Part shown: piece after piece, positions 43,534 to 63,544 of the stretch
How the letters are laid out: the number at the start of each line of letters is the position of its first letter
Position numbering within the stretch: position 1 is the stretch's first letter
NCBI RefSeq assembly: GCF_009914755.1
Contig: NC_060934.1
DNA: 64,000 nt
Strand: one strand, 5' to 3'
Origin: the human T2T-CHM13v2.0 reference genome, Homo sapiens
Translations under genes and position numbers: made by a program
The notes under the pieces: model-generated
Seen by the model: only the letters and a program-made list of their open reading frames with translations
Database searches by the model: none
Told to the model about the DNA's origin: nothing

Positions 43534-46201
43534 AATTGAAACATTTCTTAGAATGAAGAGATAGACACTAAGTTTTAAATTCCTGACTTATGTTCATGAA
43601 ACATATTACTCTGTTTGTAAAACAAGTCTTGTGTCTACAAATTGTTCACTGGCATGTATTAACGAGATGATAATAAGGCCCCTGATATTCATATTTGTAT
43701 GAAAGCATTGAATATATTTGCATTTGTCTATATCTAATAAATGTTTATTTTTGCTTGACACTTTATACTAGTTACTTAGGTGAGTGCTTAAATTGATTTT
43801 TCTTTTCTGGAAAATTGAATCATTTTGAAAAGCAAAATCTTGCAGTTCTGGCTGTAAAAAAATTCTTTTGCTCTTTTTGATACATCAGCTGATTCTCATT
43901 TTGAAATTTTCTATTTGACTTCTCTCTGCTGTCTTTGTGTGTTCTCTCTCTCCAGCCCCCCTCTCCCCAACCCTAGTTACACATTCTCTTACACTTGGTA
44001 TTCTCTTTTTCTCAGGAATAGTAAACTATTATTCATTATATTTGTTTCTTGTGGTCTCTCCTCCCCTGCCACTCCCCTCTTCTTTTTTTTCCAACATGGT
44101 CTTGCTGTTGCCCAGCCTGGAGTGCAGTGGTGCAATTACAGCTCACTGTAGCTTCTACTTCCCAGCCTCAAGCAATCCTCCCATCTCAGTCTCCTGAGTA
44201 GCTGTGACTACAGGCATGCACCATCATGTCTGGCTACTTTTGTTTTATTTTTTATAGAGATAGGATCTCACTATGTTGCCTAGGCTGGTCTTGAACTCTT
44301 GGATTCAAACAACCCCCCTGCCTTGGCCTCCCAAAGTGTTGGAATTACAAGCGTGAGCCACCATGCCTGGCCTCTTTGTGTCTTTTGTGCTTGTCAACTT
44401 GATATATTATTTGCTTTCTTACTCTCAACAGTTCCAAGACTCAAAGGCCTATTTATTTGATAAGGACTGTGGAAGAATGACACTATAATATCCCTCATTG
44501 TTATTTCTTTTCTCTTAGCTACCAAAGGCAGCAAGCATTCCAATCTAAACTTTTGGAAATGGCAGTGTATAGTAGCAGCTTAAAATTGTTCATGAGATTA
44601 AAATCTGTAATCTCACTCACCAACATTGCCTATCTCAGTGCTTTTCTTTTTGTAATATTTATTTATTTAGAGATAGAGTCTTACTCCATCACCCCAGGGT
44701 GGAGTGCAGTGGACAGTTATGTCTCACGATAGCCTCAAACTGCTGGCCTCAAGCAATCAGTCCTCCCACCTCAGTCTCCTGAGTAACTAGGAGTACAGGT
44801 GCCACCACCACACCTAGTTTTTTTAAAAATATTGGTAGAATTGGTAGAGAGACAGCATCTTGCTATATATAGCCCAGGCTGGTTGTGAACTCCTGGCCTC
44901 AAGTTATTCTTCGACCTCAGCCTCCCAAAATGCTGGGATTACTGTCAGCCACTATGCCTGGCCCTATCTCAGTTTTTTGTTTTTGTTTTTGTTTTTAATA
45001 TTTATTTGGCTTCTGGAGTACTCTAGATGATAGGTATTTAATATAATCTGATAAGAAATTGATTGGGAGATTTTACAAAAACTGATACTTCAGGGAAGGT
45101 TACATTGCTGGGCAACATGGTATTAAAATAAGACAGGTCAAATTTGAGAAATCTGTGATTCTACAGGTTACCCTACAGGTAACTGACTCAATGTCTCAGT
45201 CCTAAATTTCCAGGAGAACAATTCTGGTATAAGCACCTGGATTTAGAAGCTATTTTCACCTAGACAAACATGAGTACCTAGGCACCATTCCATTATTAGA
45301 AATTGAGCATAGATGCTAATTTCTAGAAAAGAGAGATGGGTTGTCCAGGTGGGCAACAAGTTGCAGTTTTGATCAGGCTGCTGCTGCTGGTGGTTTATCC
45401 AGCTACAAAATTCCAGGATACACAGTTTGCCTCTTTCTCCCCTACCCCCAGCTGGCTCCCCCGTTATAGGTCAAATTTATTTATTTTTTTTTGAAAGTTG
45501 GTAGCATTGACATATCCTGGAATTGTGACCATTTAAATTCTCAGATAACACACCATGTGATAATCTTTTTATAGGGTTATGTCAAGAATCTTTTGTATAT
45601 ACCACCTCTTCCCCACAGTGATGAAGAAACAAAGGAATGCATGTTAGTTGCAAAAAGTCTGAGTGAGATAGACTCCTAGATTAACTTATCTTATGTGACA
45701 CTAGGGGCATATAGATCATTTTTAAGGGAATATAAGTAACTGTGATGATTAATGTTTTCAAATTGGTTTTAGTTTTTTGAAACTGTTGTTGTGCCATGTA
45801 ATCCATTATGGTTTTCTTCACATAAACATTTAAATGGAGTTTTTTCCTTTATCTAAACTCTTTTTTTTTTTTTGAGACAGTGTCTTGCTCTGTCGCCCAG
45901 GCTGGAGTGCAGTGGCGCAATCTCGGCTCACTGCAAGCTCCACCTCCCAGGGTTCACACCATTCTCCTGCCTCAGCCTCCCGAGTAGCTGGGACTACAGG
46001 TGCCCTCCACCACGCCCGGCTAATTTTTTTTTGTATTTTTAGTAGAGACGGGGTTTCACCATGTTAGCCAGGATGGTCTAGATCTCCTGACCTGGTGATC
46101 CACCTGCCTCGGCCTCCCAAAGTGCTGGGATTACAGGCGTGAGCCACTGCGCCCGGCCTATCTTAACTCTTAATCAAAAAATTTTTTTCTTTTTTTTTTG
46201 A

Positions 46202-46372
<171 letters not shown>

Positions 46373-46751
46373 TAGTAGAGGCGGGGTTTCACCATGTTGG
46401 CCAGGCTGGTCTCAAATTCCTGATATCAGGTGATTTGCCCACCTTAGCCTCTGAAAGTGCTGGGATTACAGATGTGAGCCACTGTGCTGGCCTTGATCAA
46501 TTTCTTTTATGCCTGATATAAAGAAGAGCTTTGGGGCTTATTTCCAATTTTATTCAAATGTTTCCTAATTTGTCTGCTTCTGCTTTTAAAGCTTTAATAC
46601 TTAATCTACTTATTATAACATTCGTTTATTAAGAATTTCTGAAATTGTCAAATATATAAAACAGTAAGCAATAATATAACAAACACCCTGTGTAGATTCA
46701 TCACCCAATTCTAACACATGACCAGCTCATAGCCAATTTTTCATACACCCC

Positions 46752-47985
<1,234 letters not shown>

Positions 47986-48063
47986 GCCCATTTTTTTTTT
48001 TTCTTATGACTGCTTAGTTCCTATTTTTTGTTTTTTTTATTTCTACCTTTTTAATCTTAAGTA

Positions 48064-48521
48064 CAGATGCTTCTTGAGTTATGATGAGCTTACATTCTGA
48101 TAAGGCAGGAGTATTATTTGAGTCCAGGAGTTTGAGGCTTTAGAGTGTGATTATTGCACCTGTGAACAGCCACTTCACTGCAGCCTAGGCAACATAGTGA
48201 GACCCCATCTCTTTAAAAAAAAAAAAGAAAGAAAGAAATATACCTTATTTATTTAACATCTTGGCTTAGCCTAGTCTACCTTAAACATGCTTAGAACACT
48301 TACATAGCCTACAGTTGGGAAAAATCATCTGTCTACACAGTTCACTGGACAAGCAAGCATTGGTTGTTTAGTCTCATGATGGCGTGGCTGACTGGGAGTT
48401 GTGGCTTGCTGCCGCTGCCCAGCATCACAAGAGAATATTGTACTGATGTGTATCAGGTTTGCATCATGGTGGTAAAGTTGAAAAACTGTAAGTAGAATGA
48501 TTTTAAGTTGGATACCATCTA
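48064..48521 (+). mobile_element. MER47/Tigger5-family DNA transposon, interrupted by an Alu fragment at ~48103-48238
   Basis: ta|cagatgcttc...gcttagcctagtctaccttaaacatgcttagaacacttacatagcctacagttggg...ccatct|ata. Confidence 0.78.
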
Positions 48522-48993
48522 TAGATACTTTCTAGTATGCCATTTTCATTTCTTTTATTTTTCATTGTTATTTTATTTTATATATTTTTTTGAGATAGGG
48601 TCTTGCTCTGTCACCCTGTTTGGATTGCAGTGGCACTGTCACGGTCACTGCAACATCAACCTCCCGGGTTCAAGTGATCCTCCCCGCTCAGCCTCGCAAG
48701 CAGCAGGGACTACAGCCATATGCCATCATGCCTAAGTTTTTTATTGTTTATAGTGACTGGGTATGTTGCCCAGGCTGGTGTCAAACTCCTGGGCTCAAGC
48801 TATCCTCCTGCTTTAGTCTCCCAAAGTGCTGGGAACTACAGGTGTTTGGCTCACTGGCCTGGCCTTTATGATTTTTAAAACTATTTTTCTTGGGTTATTT
48901 TCTTAGTGGTAGTTGTAGGGCTTACTATCTTTATCTTAACTTGCTAGACTGTACTTAATTTTAGTAAGATGTATAAGCATATCTTTTTTTTCT

Positions 48994-50322
48994 TAAGCAT
49001 ATCTCATTTTATTGGGCTTCTTTTTATTGTACTTCACAGGAAATTGCATGTTTTTTTTCTTTTTTACCGAATTGAAGTTTTGCGGCAACCCTGGAGTAAG
49101 CAAGTCTATCGGTTTCATTTTTCCAACAGCATGTGCTCACTTAGTGACTCTTTGTCCCTTTTTGTTAATTCTCATATTATTTCACACATTTTCATTATTA
49201 TATCTGTTATGGTTATGTATGATCCGTGACCTTTGACGTTACTGTGAGGTGAAGTTAATAAATGTTGTATGTGTTCTGACTGCTGTACCAGCTGGCTGTT
49301 CCCTCATCTCTCTCTACTCTCCTTAGGCCTCCTTGTTCCCTAAGACACAACAATATTGAATGTAGGCCAATTAGTAACCCTTTGACAAGGTACATAGTCA
49401 CCTAAGAGCTCTGTTGAAGATGTACAAGAAAATGTTCTTTTCATACCTGCTAACAACATCCATCCTGCAGTCTGTGGATCCAGGAGTCAATTTGACATAG
49501 AAGTCTGATTTAAGAAACACCTTTCGAAAGGCTATGGCTGCTATACAGAGGATGATTCCTCTGATGGATCTGGGCAAAGTACATTGAAAACTTTCTGGAG
49601 AGAATTCACCATTCTGGGTACCATTAAGAACATTTGTGTTTTGTGGGAGGAGGTCAAAATATCAACATGAACCGGAGTTTGAAAGAAGTTGATTCTGTCC
49701 TGCATGGATGACTGAGAGATTCAAGACTTTGATGGAGGTTGCAGATGTGGTGGCCAATAGCAAGAGAGCTAAAATTAGAAGTGGAGCCTGAAGATGTGAC
49801 TGAATTGCTGCAATCTCATGGTCAAACTTGAATGTATATCTTCTCATAGATGAACAAAGAAAGTGCTTTCTTGAGATAGAATCTATTTCCTCTGAAGATG
49901 GTGTAAACATTGTTGAAATGACAACAAAGGATGTAGAATATGCCCTATGCTTAGTTGATAAAGTGGCAGCAAGGTTTGAGAGAATAGGCCCCAATTTTGA
50001 AGAAAGTTTTACTGTAGGTAAAATGCTGTCAAACAGCAGCACATACTACAGAGCAATGTTTTATGAAAGGAAGAGTCAATTGATATAGCCAACTTTATTG
50101 TTATAAATGGCTGGGTGTGGTAGTTCACACCTTTAATCCCAGCCCTTTTGGAGACAGTAGGATTGCTTGAAGCCAGGAGTTTGAGACCACCCAGGGCAAT
50201 ATAGCAAGACCTTGTCTCTACTTGAAAGGTAGTGAAAGTGCCACAACCACCACCTCAGTGAGTCAGAAGCCATCAACACTGAGGCAGGACTTTTTACCAG
50301 CAAAAAGATAAAGACTTGCAGA
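48994..50322 (+). mobile_element. Tigger1 DNA transposon, internally deleted, with a decayed transposase C-terminal half
   Basis: Tigger1 5' end (ggcaaccctg...gcaagtctatcgg...ttttccaacagcatgtgctcactt). The ORF 49828-50088 ([12 protein letters not shown]...[10 protein letters not shown]...VGKMLSNS) is Tigger1 transposase-like. An Alu monomer is inserted at ~50109-50225. Confidence 0.9.
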
Positions 50323-50329
50323 GAACAGT

Positions 50330-53740
<3,411 letters not shown>

Positions 53741-54103
53741 CCCTTCTTTTTTTTTTTTTATAAATAAAAATTATCATATTTTTAAGTTTTATGGGATGGT
53801 TAAGTAATGATTTCTATTCACTGTCAGCTCTTTGGAAGTTACTGAGGTATTTGAGGCCTCTTTTGCATATTTTCCCCAAATTTTGCCATATAGAGTGTTA
53901 CTGTTTCAATGTGCTCTATTTTTAAATTTTTTTGATCATTTGTAGGCAAAAATGCATGCTAAATTCTTCCATTGTAACTAGTACTTAGGAATACTTTTAT
54001 TCAGTGTGTCTAGATAGGTTTTGTTGTTATTTGGGATTTTACTTTTTAGAGGTATAAAATGATGTTTGTAATTCAGTTGAGTCTGAATCCTAGTTTTTCT
54101 TTC

Positions 54104-54134
<31 letters not shown>

Positions 54135-54145
54135 CCTTTTTTTGA

Positions 54146-54250
<105 letters not shown>

Positions 54251-55079
54251 TGAGTAGCTGGGATTACAGGCATCTGCCACCATGCCCGGCTATTTTTTTT
54301 TTTTTTTTTTGTAATTTTAGTACAGACAGGGTTTCACCATGTTGGCCAGGCTGGTCTCGAACTCCTGACCTCAGGTGATCCACCCATCTCGGCCTCCCAA
54401 AGTGCTGGGATTACAGGTGTGAGCCACCACGCCCAGAGAATCCTAGGTTTTCAATAGAGGAGTTGAAATCATGTACCTAGTTAGATAATTAGTTTTTTTT
54501 TTTTTCTGTGTCCTTGTAAATATTGTTGCATGGTGTTATTTGGCACCACAGTGCAAAGTGAATGAAACCATTTGGTTGTGTTGAAGTTGGGCTAGGTTAT
54601 GCTTTATTACTATTTAGAAATTAGTTTCTTTTTCAACATGTATCACCTGATTATATGTAGTTAGACATAACTTTTTGTATCCTCAACTTGGAGTCTGCTG
54701 ATTTTATTCATTATACACCGATACTTACAGATTGTTGTTTTTGCAGTTCAGTCTTCTGTCACATGACCAGCCATGATTTTGAGCTGTGAAAAGTTAATAT
54801 TGCGTATTAGTTACTTGCACATGGAAAATGGAAGATGTCAGTCAAAGTTTCTCGGGGTGTTCATTGGCTTTGTATCTCTTGGGCATTTCTGACCTACTTA
54901 GCTAAAGTATCTTCTTCTGTAGCCCACATATGTCAGCTTGGTGGGGCTGAATGACAGCCTACCCGTATAGGATTCCTCACAGACAGTGGAAATGAATGAC
55001 CTAAACGTTGCTAATTCGTGTAGGGCTGTTATTTGTCTCTTAGGTCCCAATACCCTGTTTCAAACCCTCTTAGATATGA

Positions 55080-55260
55080 TTATTTCCTGCAGAGGGGAAA
55101 GATAAACATTGTTTTTACACCCTTGTTACAGGAATCAGTCTTGATGACAAGGTGTTGGGAAGAAGAGGTGTGGTAGATTGTGTCCTGGCCCGCCAGCCTC
55201 AGTGCCTGGGAAGAGTCTTCCTGTCTTGCAAAGTTTGTGAGACTGATGAAGATAATGCCT
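55080..55260. promoter_or_regulatory. Candidate intronic enhancer (ETS/GATA/RUNX motif cluster)
   Basis: ATTTCCTG 55082-89, AGATAA 55100-05, ACAGGAAT 55128-35, TGTGGT 55169-74, CTTCCTGT 55217-24 and AGATAA 55250-55, in sequence with no repeat I recognise. Confidence 0.4.
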
Positions 55261-55477
55261 TTGTGAATTTTTTTAATAGGACTATTTGTATGTCTTTGTT
55301 TATATTTTTCTGTTTGTATTGTATGCAAAAATTAGATTATTGTCCAAAATGAATTCATATTTTGAGTTAAGATAGGTTACTTAGTATACCTGATCTTCAT
55401 TTCTGAAGATAATTGTAAAATTCTGATTCATGTTAAGAACATGTATGATTTTTGTCTTTTTTTTTTTTAACCCCAAG

Positions 55478-55581
55478 ACTTGCTACATTTGTGATGAACA
55501 AGGAAGAGAAAGCAAAGCAGCCACTGGTGCTTGCATGACATGTAATAAACATGGATGTCGACAGGCTTTCCATGTAACATG
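55478..55581 (+). CDS. MLLT10: MLLT10 coding exon (104 nt; TCYICDEQGRESKAATGACMTCNKHGCRQAFHVT-C; PHD2; probably exon 6)
   Basis: Poly-T + ccccaag|ACTTGC and donor ATG|gtaagg; phase 0 in, phase 2 out; Cys/His zinc ligands. Confidence 0.98.
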
Positions 55582-55777
55582 GTAAGGATGTTTCCATTGT
55601 TGCACAGAACTGAACTTGGTAAATACCTTGTGTAACAATCATAAGTTAAAGACTTAGATACTCAAATATTAATTATGGTAAACTTTATTGGTATAGTTTC
55701 TATGTTCACATTTACTTATTTGTAATAAAGATAATTTTAATAACTGAATGTATTTACCAGAGTGATTTTGCAATAAG

Positions 55778-55940
55778 TGGACTCTGGTTCTGATGTTTTA
55801 TTCTCTGTAAGCTTCAGTTTCGTCTTGTTTAAAATTTTGGTATTGATTACCTATCCTTCGATTTGTTATTATGATTAAATGAGCTAATCTAGGTAAGCTT
55901 AGTGCAGTGTCTGAATACAAGGATTCGGTGAATGATAGTA
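55778..55940 (+). mobile_element. MIR fragment
   Basis: ctctgtaagcttcagtttc...attaaatgagctaat...gcttagtgcagtgtctg...gtgaatgatag resembles the MIR core and 3' end. Confidence 0.6.
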
Positions 55941-56028
55941 CTTCCTTACCTTCTGTGTCTCAAGTGAGAAGTAGTGTAACCACTGTCATTCTCAATATTA
56001 CAATGGCGACTTCACAAAAACTTATTTA

Positions 56029-57394
<1,366 letters not shown>

Positions 57395-57960
57395 TCATTT
57401 TCATTTCTTCCATTGCTTTTTACTGAAAAGCACAATTTATGTTTATCTCGCTTATTGTGCTGTGACTTAAAGCACTTAGAGTTGCAAATTTAGTCTTGAG
57501 TGAATGCATGTTTTCCTTGTAAGGTTATGTAATCTGCATCCATGGGCTAAATACCATCACTTCGGCCCTTTAGAGGCATGGCCTTTCCATTTGTACCTGT
57601 GACAGATTGAAAAAGTAAAATGAAGTGTTAACTGATGGGGTGGGATTGAGGGGGAAGAGAATGTATCTTAAACTTAATATCTATTTGGAGACATAAAACA
57701 TGTGTACATCTTCATCCTAATATGAGATGTGTGAAGAGTTTGTTTTAAGCCATAAACATAACTTTAAAAAAAGATCAGTTGCAGGTTGGGGTGAAATACA
57801 CTTGGTCACAGCTAGAATAAAGCTTTTTATTTTCTCATTTTTTTCTTAGGAGATGTTATTTTCTCAGAGCATGAATGATTGGAAGTAAATTTTATTTGCT
57901 TATATATACAGGTACTGTGATTTTAGTATATCAATAAATATACTTGGCTTTTATTTTCAG

Positions 57961-58054
57961 CGCTCAGTTTGCCGGACTGCTTTGTGAAGAAGAAGGTAAT
58001 GGTGCCGATAATGTCCAATACTGTGGCTACTGTAAATACCATTTTAGTAAGCTG
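57961..58054 (+). CDS. MLLT10: MLLT10 coding exon (94 nt; (C)AQFAGLLCEEEGNGADNVQYCGYCKYHFSKL; probably exon 7)
   Basis: ttttcag|CGCT and donor CTG|gtaaga; completes the TG/C Cys codon; ends in phase 0; C-x2-C-x2-H end of PHD2. Confidence 0.98.
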
Positions 58055-58305
58055 GTAAGAATTTCTCTTGGATTTAATGAAATGATTATGATTAGTTTTG
58101 ACAATAGAATGACACTGTTTTATTAAAAAAAGCATATAACAGTTCCTTTTTCCTTGAGTTTTTGGCTGGAGATTGTGTTTAGCATGTTCTTTATTGGAAG
58201 TAAATAGATCTGTTAATAGTAATTTTAAAAGATTTTGCTTGCTTCGGTGTATTTGTAAAGGTGAATATTCTAAAGTACTCTCATTTAGAATATATATTAA
58301 TATTA

Positions 58306-58622
<317 letters not shown>

Positions 58623-60242
58623 TATATAAATATTGATAGTGAATGTTGGTATACATTTAGTGAAAAAATTAATCTGTAGGAAACTTTATATTTTTAAGGT
58701 CTTTAGTTAATTGGATTTTTGGTGCCAATTTTACATTTTGTGATTATCACTTTGTTTCTCATTTTCTGCTTAATTACTATTACCCATTTATTTATTTTCA
58801 TTTTTATTTACTGGGAAATAGTAAAACTGAAGTAAGGCTGTTTTGTAACTTGCTTAAAAACCTTCAGAAAAATATATTTAAATACAACTTTGGGAATTCT
58901 TTAGATTTGGTCACTATTTGCTGTCACACAGGATCATGGTGATTGAGTTAGTAACATTTGATTGGGTGTTACATATTTGTATCCATGTTCCTTTGAAGGG
59001 TCAGTATGCCTGAAGTCCCGAGTATCTACTTCTCATTCTTTTTAATGGTAGATATTAATACACTGAAGGTTTAAGGCTTCTTTATTTTTCTTTTGGTTTC
59101 TAATTTTTAAATTATTATATTTCCCTTGTGAATGGGGCTATTTCTTTTGAAAATAAATACTACAAGGGGCCCCTGTTTTATGAAATGAGCAGTTTAGGCC
59201 TCTAATATTTTGGTTCTTGTATACGAATTACTTAAGAGTGTGTATCTGTGTATCCTTTGATGCTGAATGCTTTATTTTAATGACTTAACAAAAATTTTGA
59301 GATTATAAAATTGAAAATTTTTCTTCCTAGGTGTAATAAGCATATTGAAATACTCATTTTCTAAATGAGAGATGATATAAATAAAAAAATGGATTTTGAA
59401 GTTTGTGCAAATAGAATTTTCTTATTGCTAATTATAGACATGATGTTATCCCATTTGATAGTTGGGAAAAATATCTGTTTAATAATTTAATAAGATTGTA
59501 TAATCTTTACATTTGCATGGAATTTGAACTTCTTTATAGTCATTTTTATCTAGTTTACACCAATTCGATGTGGTACCAACTTTTAAACACCTCAAATAAC
59601 TCTCACCTTCATACTTAATTATGCAATGGTACAAGTGTTTTAAACAGAAATGTGTGATGCTTTTTAGTAATGCTTTGAAAAGTGCATGAGTCTAATACTG
59701 ACATTTCCTTTAATTTTTTAATTTTTTTCTTTATTTGCTCTATCAAATAAAATGTGCAGGAATTATTTATTGAACTGCAGAGATAAATTTTTAGAAAACT
59801 GTATACCTTAATACTGATGGTATAAGATTAAAAGTCTTTTTGCTTTTCCTAGTGGCATAAAGTAACACTTCAAATATTTACCTTTCTATTCTTCTAGTCT
59901 TGGCACCCTTTTTTAATACGGCATTTTCTCTTTGTATTGAAACTTTTTATTTTTAAGCTGATGTTGAAAATATATAGTAGCTTATTTGAAAATAGATGAT
60001 CTGTTTTCACACATTTTAATTAATTTACAAAAATATGGCATTAATGTTTAGATTTTCTTTTATAATGCAATGGATGATATATGAATGGTGTCTAAACTGG
60101 ATTATATAGATTGAAATAGACTTAAAAATTTCAGTAGACATTAAAAATACTTTATAGTTGAATTGGTTTAAGCCTAACAAAAAGATTTGTTTAAAAAGTT
60201 TTATATACATATACATATATGTATATATATTTTCTTTTTTAG

Positions 60243-60338
60243 AAAAAGAGCAAACGGGGATCTAATAGGTCATATGATCAAAGTTTAAGTGATTCTTCCT
60301 CTCACTCTCAGGATAAACATCATGAGAAAGAGAAAAAA
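60243..60338 (+). CDS. MLLT10: MLLT10 coding exon (96 nt; KKSKRGSNRSYDQSLSDSSSHSQDKHHEKEKK; probably exon 8)
   Basis: ttcttttttag|AAAAAG and donor AAA|gtaagt; symmetric phase 0-0; continues the AF10 sequence after HFSKL. Confidence 0.97.
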
Positions 60339-61357
60339 GTAAGTGGATTTGTTGTTGCTAAATTTGTAGCACATCTACTTAATAGAATTTTTTTTTGCCT
60401 TTTTAGATAAAATTACATTCTTGATAGTTAAATGGAGACATTGAAATATAGAAACATTTTGGCTAATAAAGAGTATTTAATGAAATGATAGGTTTAATGC
60501 CATATTTGTGAATATGGTTTTACCCATTGCAACTGAACATTTAGATTACAACTTTACTGAAAGCATGAGGGAAATTTCTTGCATGTGTTACTGTGGTCAT
60601 CTTGCGAAATCTTTAGGTGACTTCAGCAATAATAGTTCGTTGCTATATATTATTAACTGATTTCTTCGCCTGTAAGTAATTATCAGCTTTTTTCCTTTAT
60701 AATAGAACAATTTTGAAGTTCTATATATTCTTGGCTATTTTTTCTTTTTCAGTGGTGCTACTGGTTTATTAATTTTTTCTAGTGGCTACATGTCATGTCT
60801 TTTGTTTGAGAATATTTTGTCTTTTAATTAAAACACTAAAAGCTTGCCTAAATACTAATCTGTCTTTTTCTGACTTGCCTGTTTTTCCCGCTTACATTTT
60901 TACTTGCTTTATAGGAAATACTTTTTAATAAACTAAAAAATAATACTGGAAAATCATTTGTACTTAATTTGTTCTTTAATATGTTCTTTAAGAACATATT
61001 GCCATTAGCTGAGCATGGTGGTGGGCGCCTGTAGTCCCAACTACCCAGGAGGCTGAGGCGAGAGGATCGTTTGAGTGGAGGCTGTAGTGTGCTGGGATTG
61101 TGCCAGTGCACACCAGCTTGGGAGACAGAGTGAGACCCCTGTCTCTTAAAAATGAATCTATTATGAATTGTGTTTAAGGAAGTGAAGATAAAAAGGACAT
61201 TGTCAAATGGAAAAGAACATTTTTCTTACAAAGTTGGTATATGCTAGTTTTGGAAATGTTTCTGCAGACTGTATTTAAAATTTAGATCTCTTATCATTTT
61301 CACATTTGTAAATATGATTTGGTAAATGCCAACAAATAATTGTTTAAAAACATTTTG

Positions 61358-62156
61358 GGCTGGGCGTGGTGGCTCAAGCTTGTAAGCCCAGCACTTTGGG
61401 AGGCTGAGGGAGGTGGAGGAGTTTGAGACCAGCCTGGCCAACATGGTGAAACTGTGTCTCTACTAAAAATACGAAAAAAAAAAATTATTCGGGCCTGGTG
61501 GTGGTTGTTTGTAATCCCAGCTACTCAGGAGGTTAAGGCAGGAGAATCACGCTTGAACCCAGGAGGCAGAGATTGCAGTGAGCCGAGATCATGCCACTGC
61601 ACTCCAGCCTGGGCGACGGAGCGAGACTCTTGTCTCAAAAGAAAAAAAAAATTTTTGGTTTGAGTTAGTGCTTTTTCAAGGTAAACATTGTAGAAACTTA
61701 AGTAGTTTTGAGAGTAAATTCTCTATCATGAGTGAAATAATTATAACTTAGGGCTGTTGTTTGGCATTTATTTATTTATTTAGAGACAGAGTCCCACTCT
61801 GTTGCCCAGGCTGGAGTGCAGTGGTGTGATCTCAGTCTACCGCAACCTCTGCCTGCTGGGTTCAAACGATTCTCGTGTCTCAGCCTCCCTAGTAACTCTG
61901 TCGCCCAGGCTAGAGTGCAGTGGCGTGATCTCGTGTTATTGCAACCTCTGCTTCCCGGGTTCAAGTGATTGTCGTGCCTCAGCCTACCTAGTAGCTAGGA
62001 TTACAGGCACATGCCACCATGCCTGTCTAATTTATTTGTATTTTTAGTAGAGACAGGGTTTCACTATGTTGTCCAGGCTGGTCTCCAACTCCTGGTCTCA
62101 TGCGATTCGGCCTCCCAAAGTGCTGTGATTACAGGCGTGAGCCACCGTGCCTGGTG
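61358..62156. mobile_element. Tail-to-tail inverted Alu pair (+ ~61358-61651; - ~61770-62156)
   Basis: Sense Alu, ~120-bp spacer, then an antisense Alu with an internal duplication. Confidence 0.9.

Positions 62157-62160
<4 letters not shown>

Positions 62161-62196
<36 letters not shown>
62161..62196. repeat. (CA)n microsatellite
   Basis: About 18 perfect AC units. Confidence 0.95.
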
Positions 62197-62198
<2 letters not shown>

Positions 62199-62951
62199 TT
62201 TTTAGATCTCAGGCAGCAAGTAAACATGTATATCTTGATTTCTTTTTGAGGTGGTTTTGTTATAAAGTGACGGTAGTAGGAGCCTGTCTTGTTTATTGTT
62301 GATTAGATTGCTGATAAAAAATAGCAGAGTTAGTTTAATTAGCAGTTTTAGTAATAAGCACCATGAAAGTTTATTTAAGCTTTTTAAGTCATCAACTAAG
62401 GATTCTTAGGCAGGGCTCATTATAAATTGTGAAGAGGGAAGCCTCACTATTAATGGTCTTCTGTTCTGCCATTTCATGCATATTATCTTGTATAAAAAGC
62501 GCTTACTATATGATCGTATTTATTTTAAGATATGCCCTATCATGTTATTTGAAGGACAGTTATTAAATATGTTATGGTGTTGAATGAATATAGTGCTGAT
62601 GACTACACGTATAGATCTTTTATTGCTCTGGGAATGAATGAAATTTTGTATTTTAAGAATTTTTTGTGGTGGTTGAGTGGATGCTAGATTAAAAAACACG
62701 TTTAGTCAAACTTGTTTAGCTTTAATATTTAGAAGTATGTAAATACTATTTGGATTTTACTTTTCGCATATATAAGTTTAATATAACTTGAGTTTTTGCT
62801 GTCAAGCTTGAATCTGTTTTTACATTTTGTTTTTAATAACTGAGATTTACTGGTCATCTACAAAGTAAGCACACTAAATGAAGGAAACATACTGTAAGTT
62901 TATTATTAGACATGCTTGCTTGGCTTGGGAATATTTGGGAAAGGACTTTAA

Positions 62952-63335
<384 letters not shown>

Positions 63336-63544
63336 TGAGCCATCATGCCTGGCCCCTCTTTTAAAATTTTTATGTTCAGTAGAGTTGTCTTGAAAATATG
63401 CCTAGCATGTTTTTAGTGTTGCATTGAAAGGTAACGCTCATAATCAAGTCAGACATTAGTATTTTTAAAACAGACAGTTCCCAATTTGAAATGGTTTGAA
63501 TTACGATTTTTAGACTGTACACTGGTATGAAAACTATGCATTTA

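Noticed and set aside
49662-50088. Possible domesticated or active transposase
   Set aside because: Only a short remnant: upstream stops and frameshifts, N-terminal half deleted. The minus-strand ORF is the antisense of the same relic.
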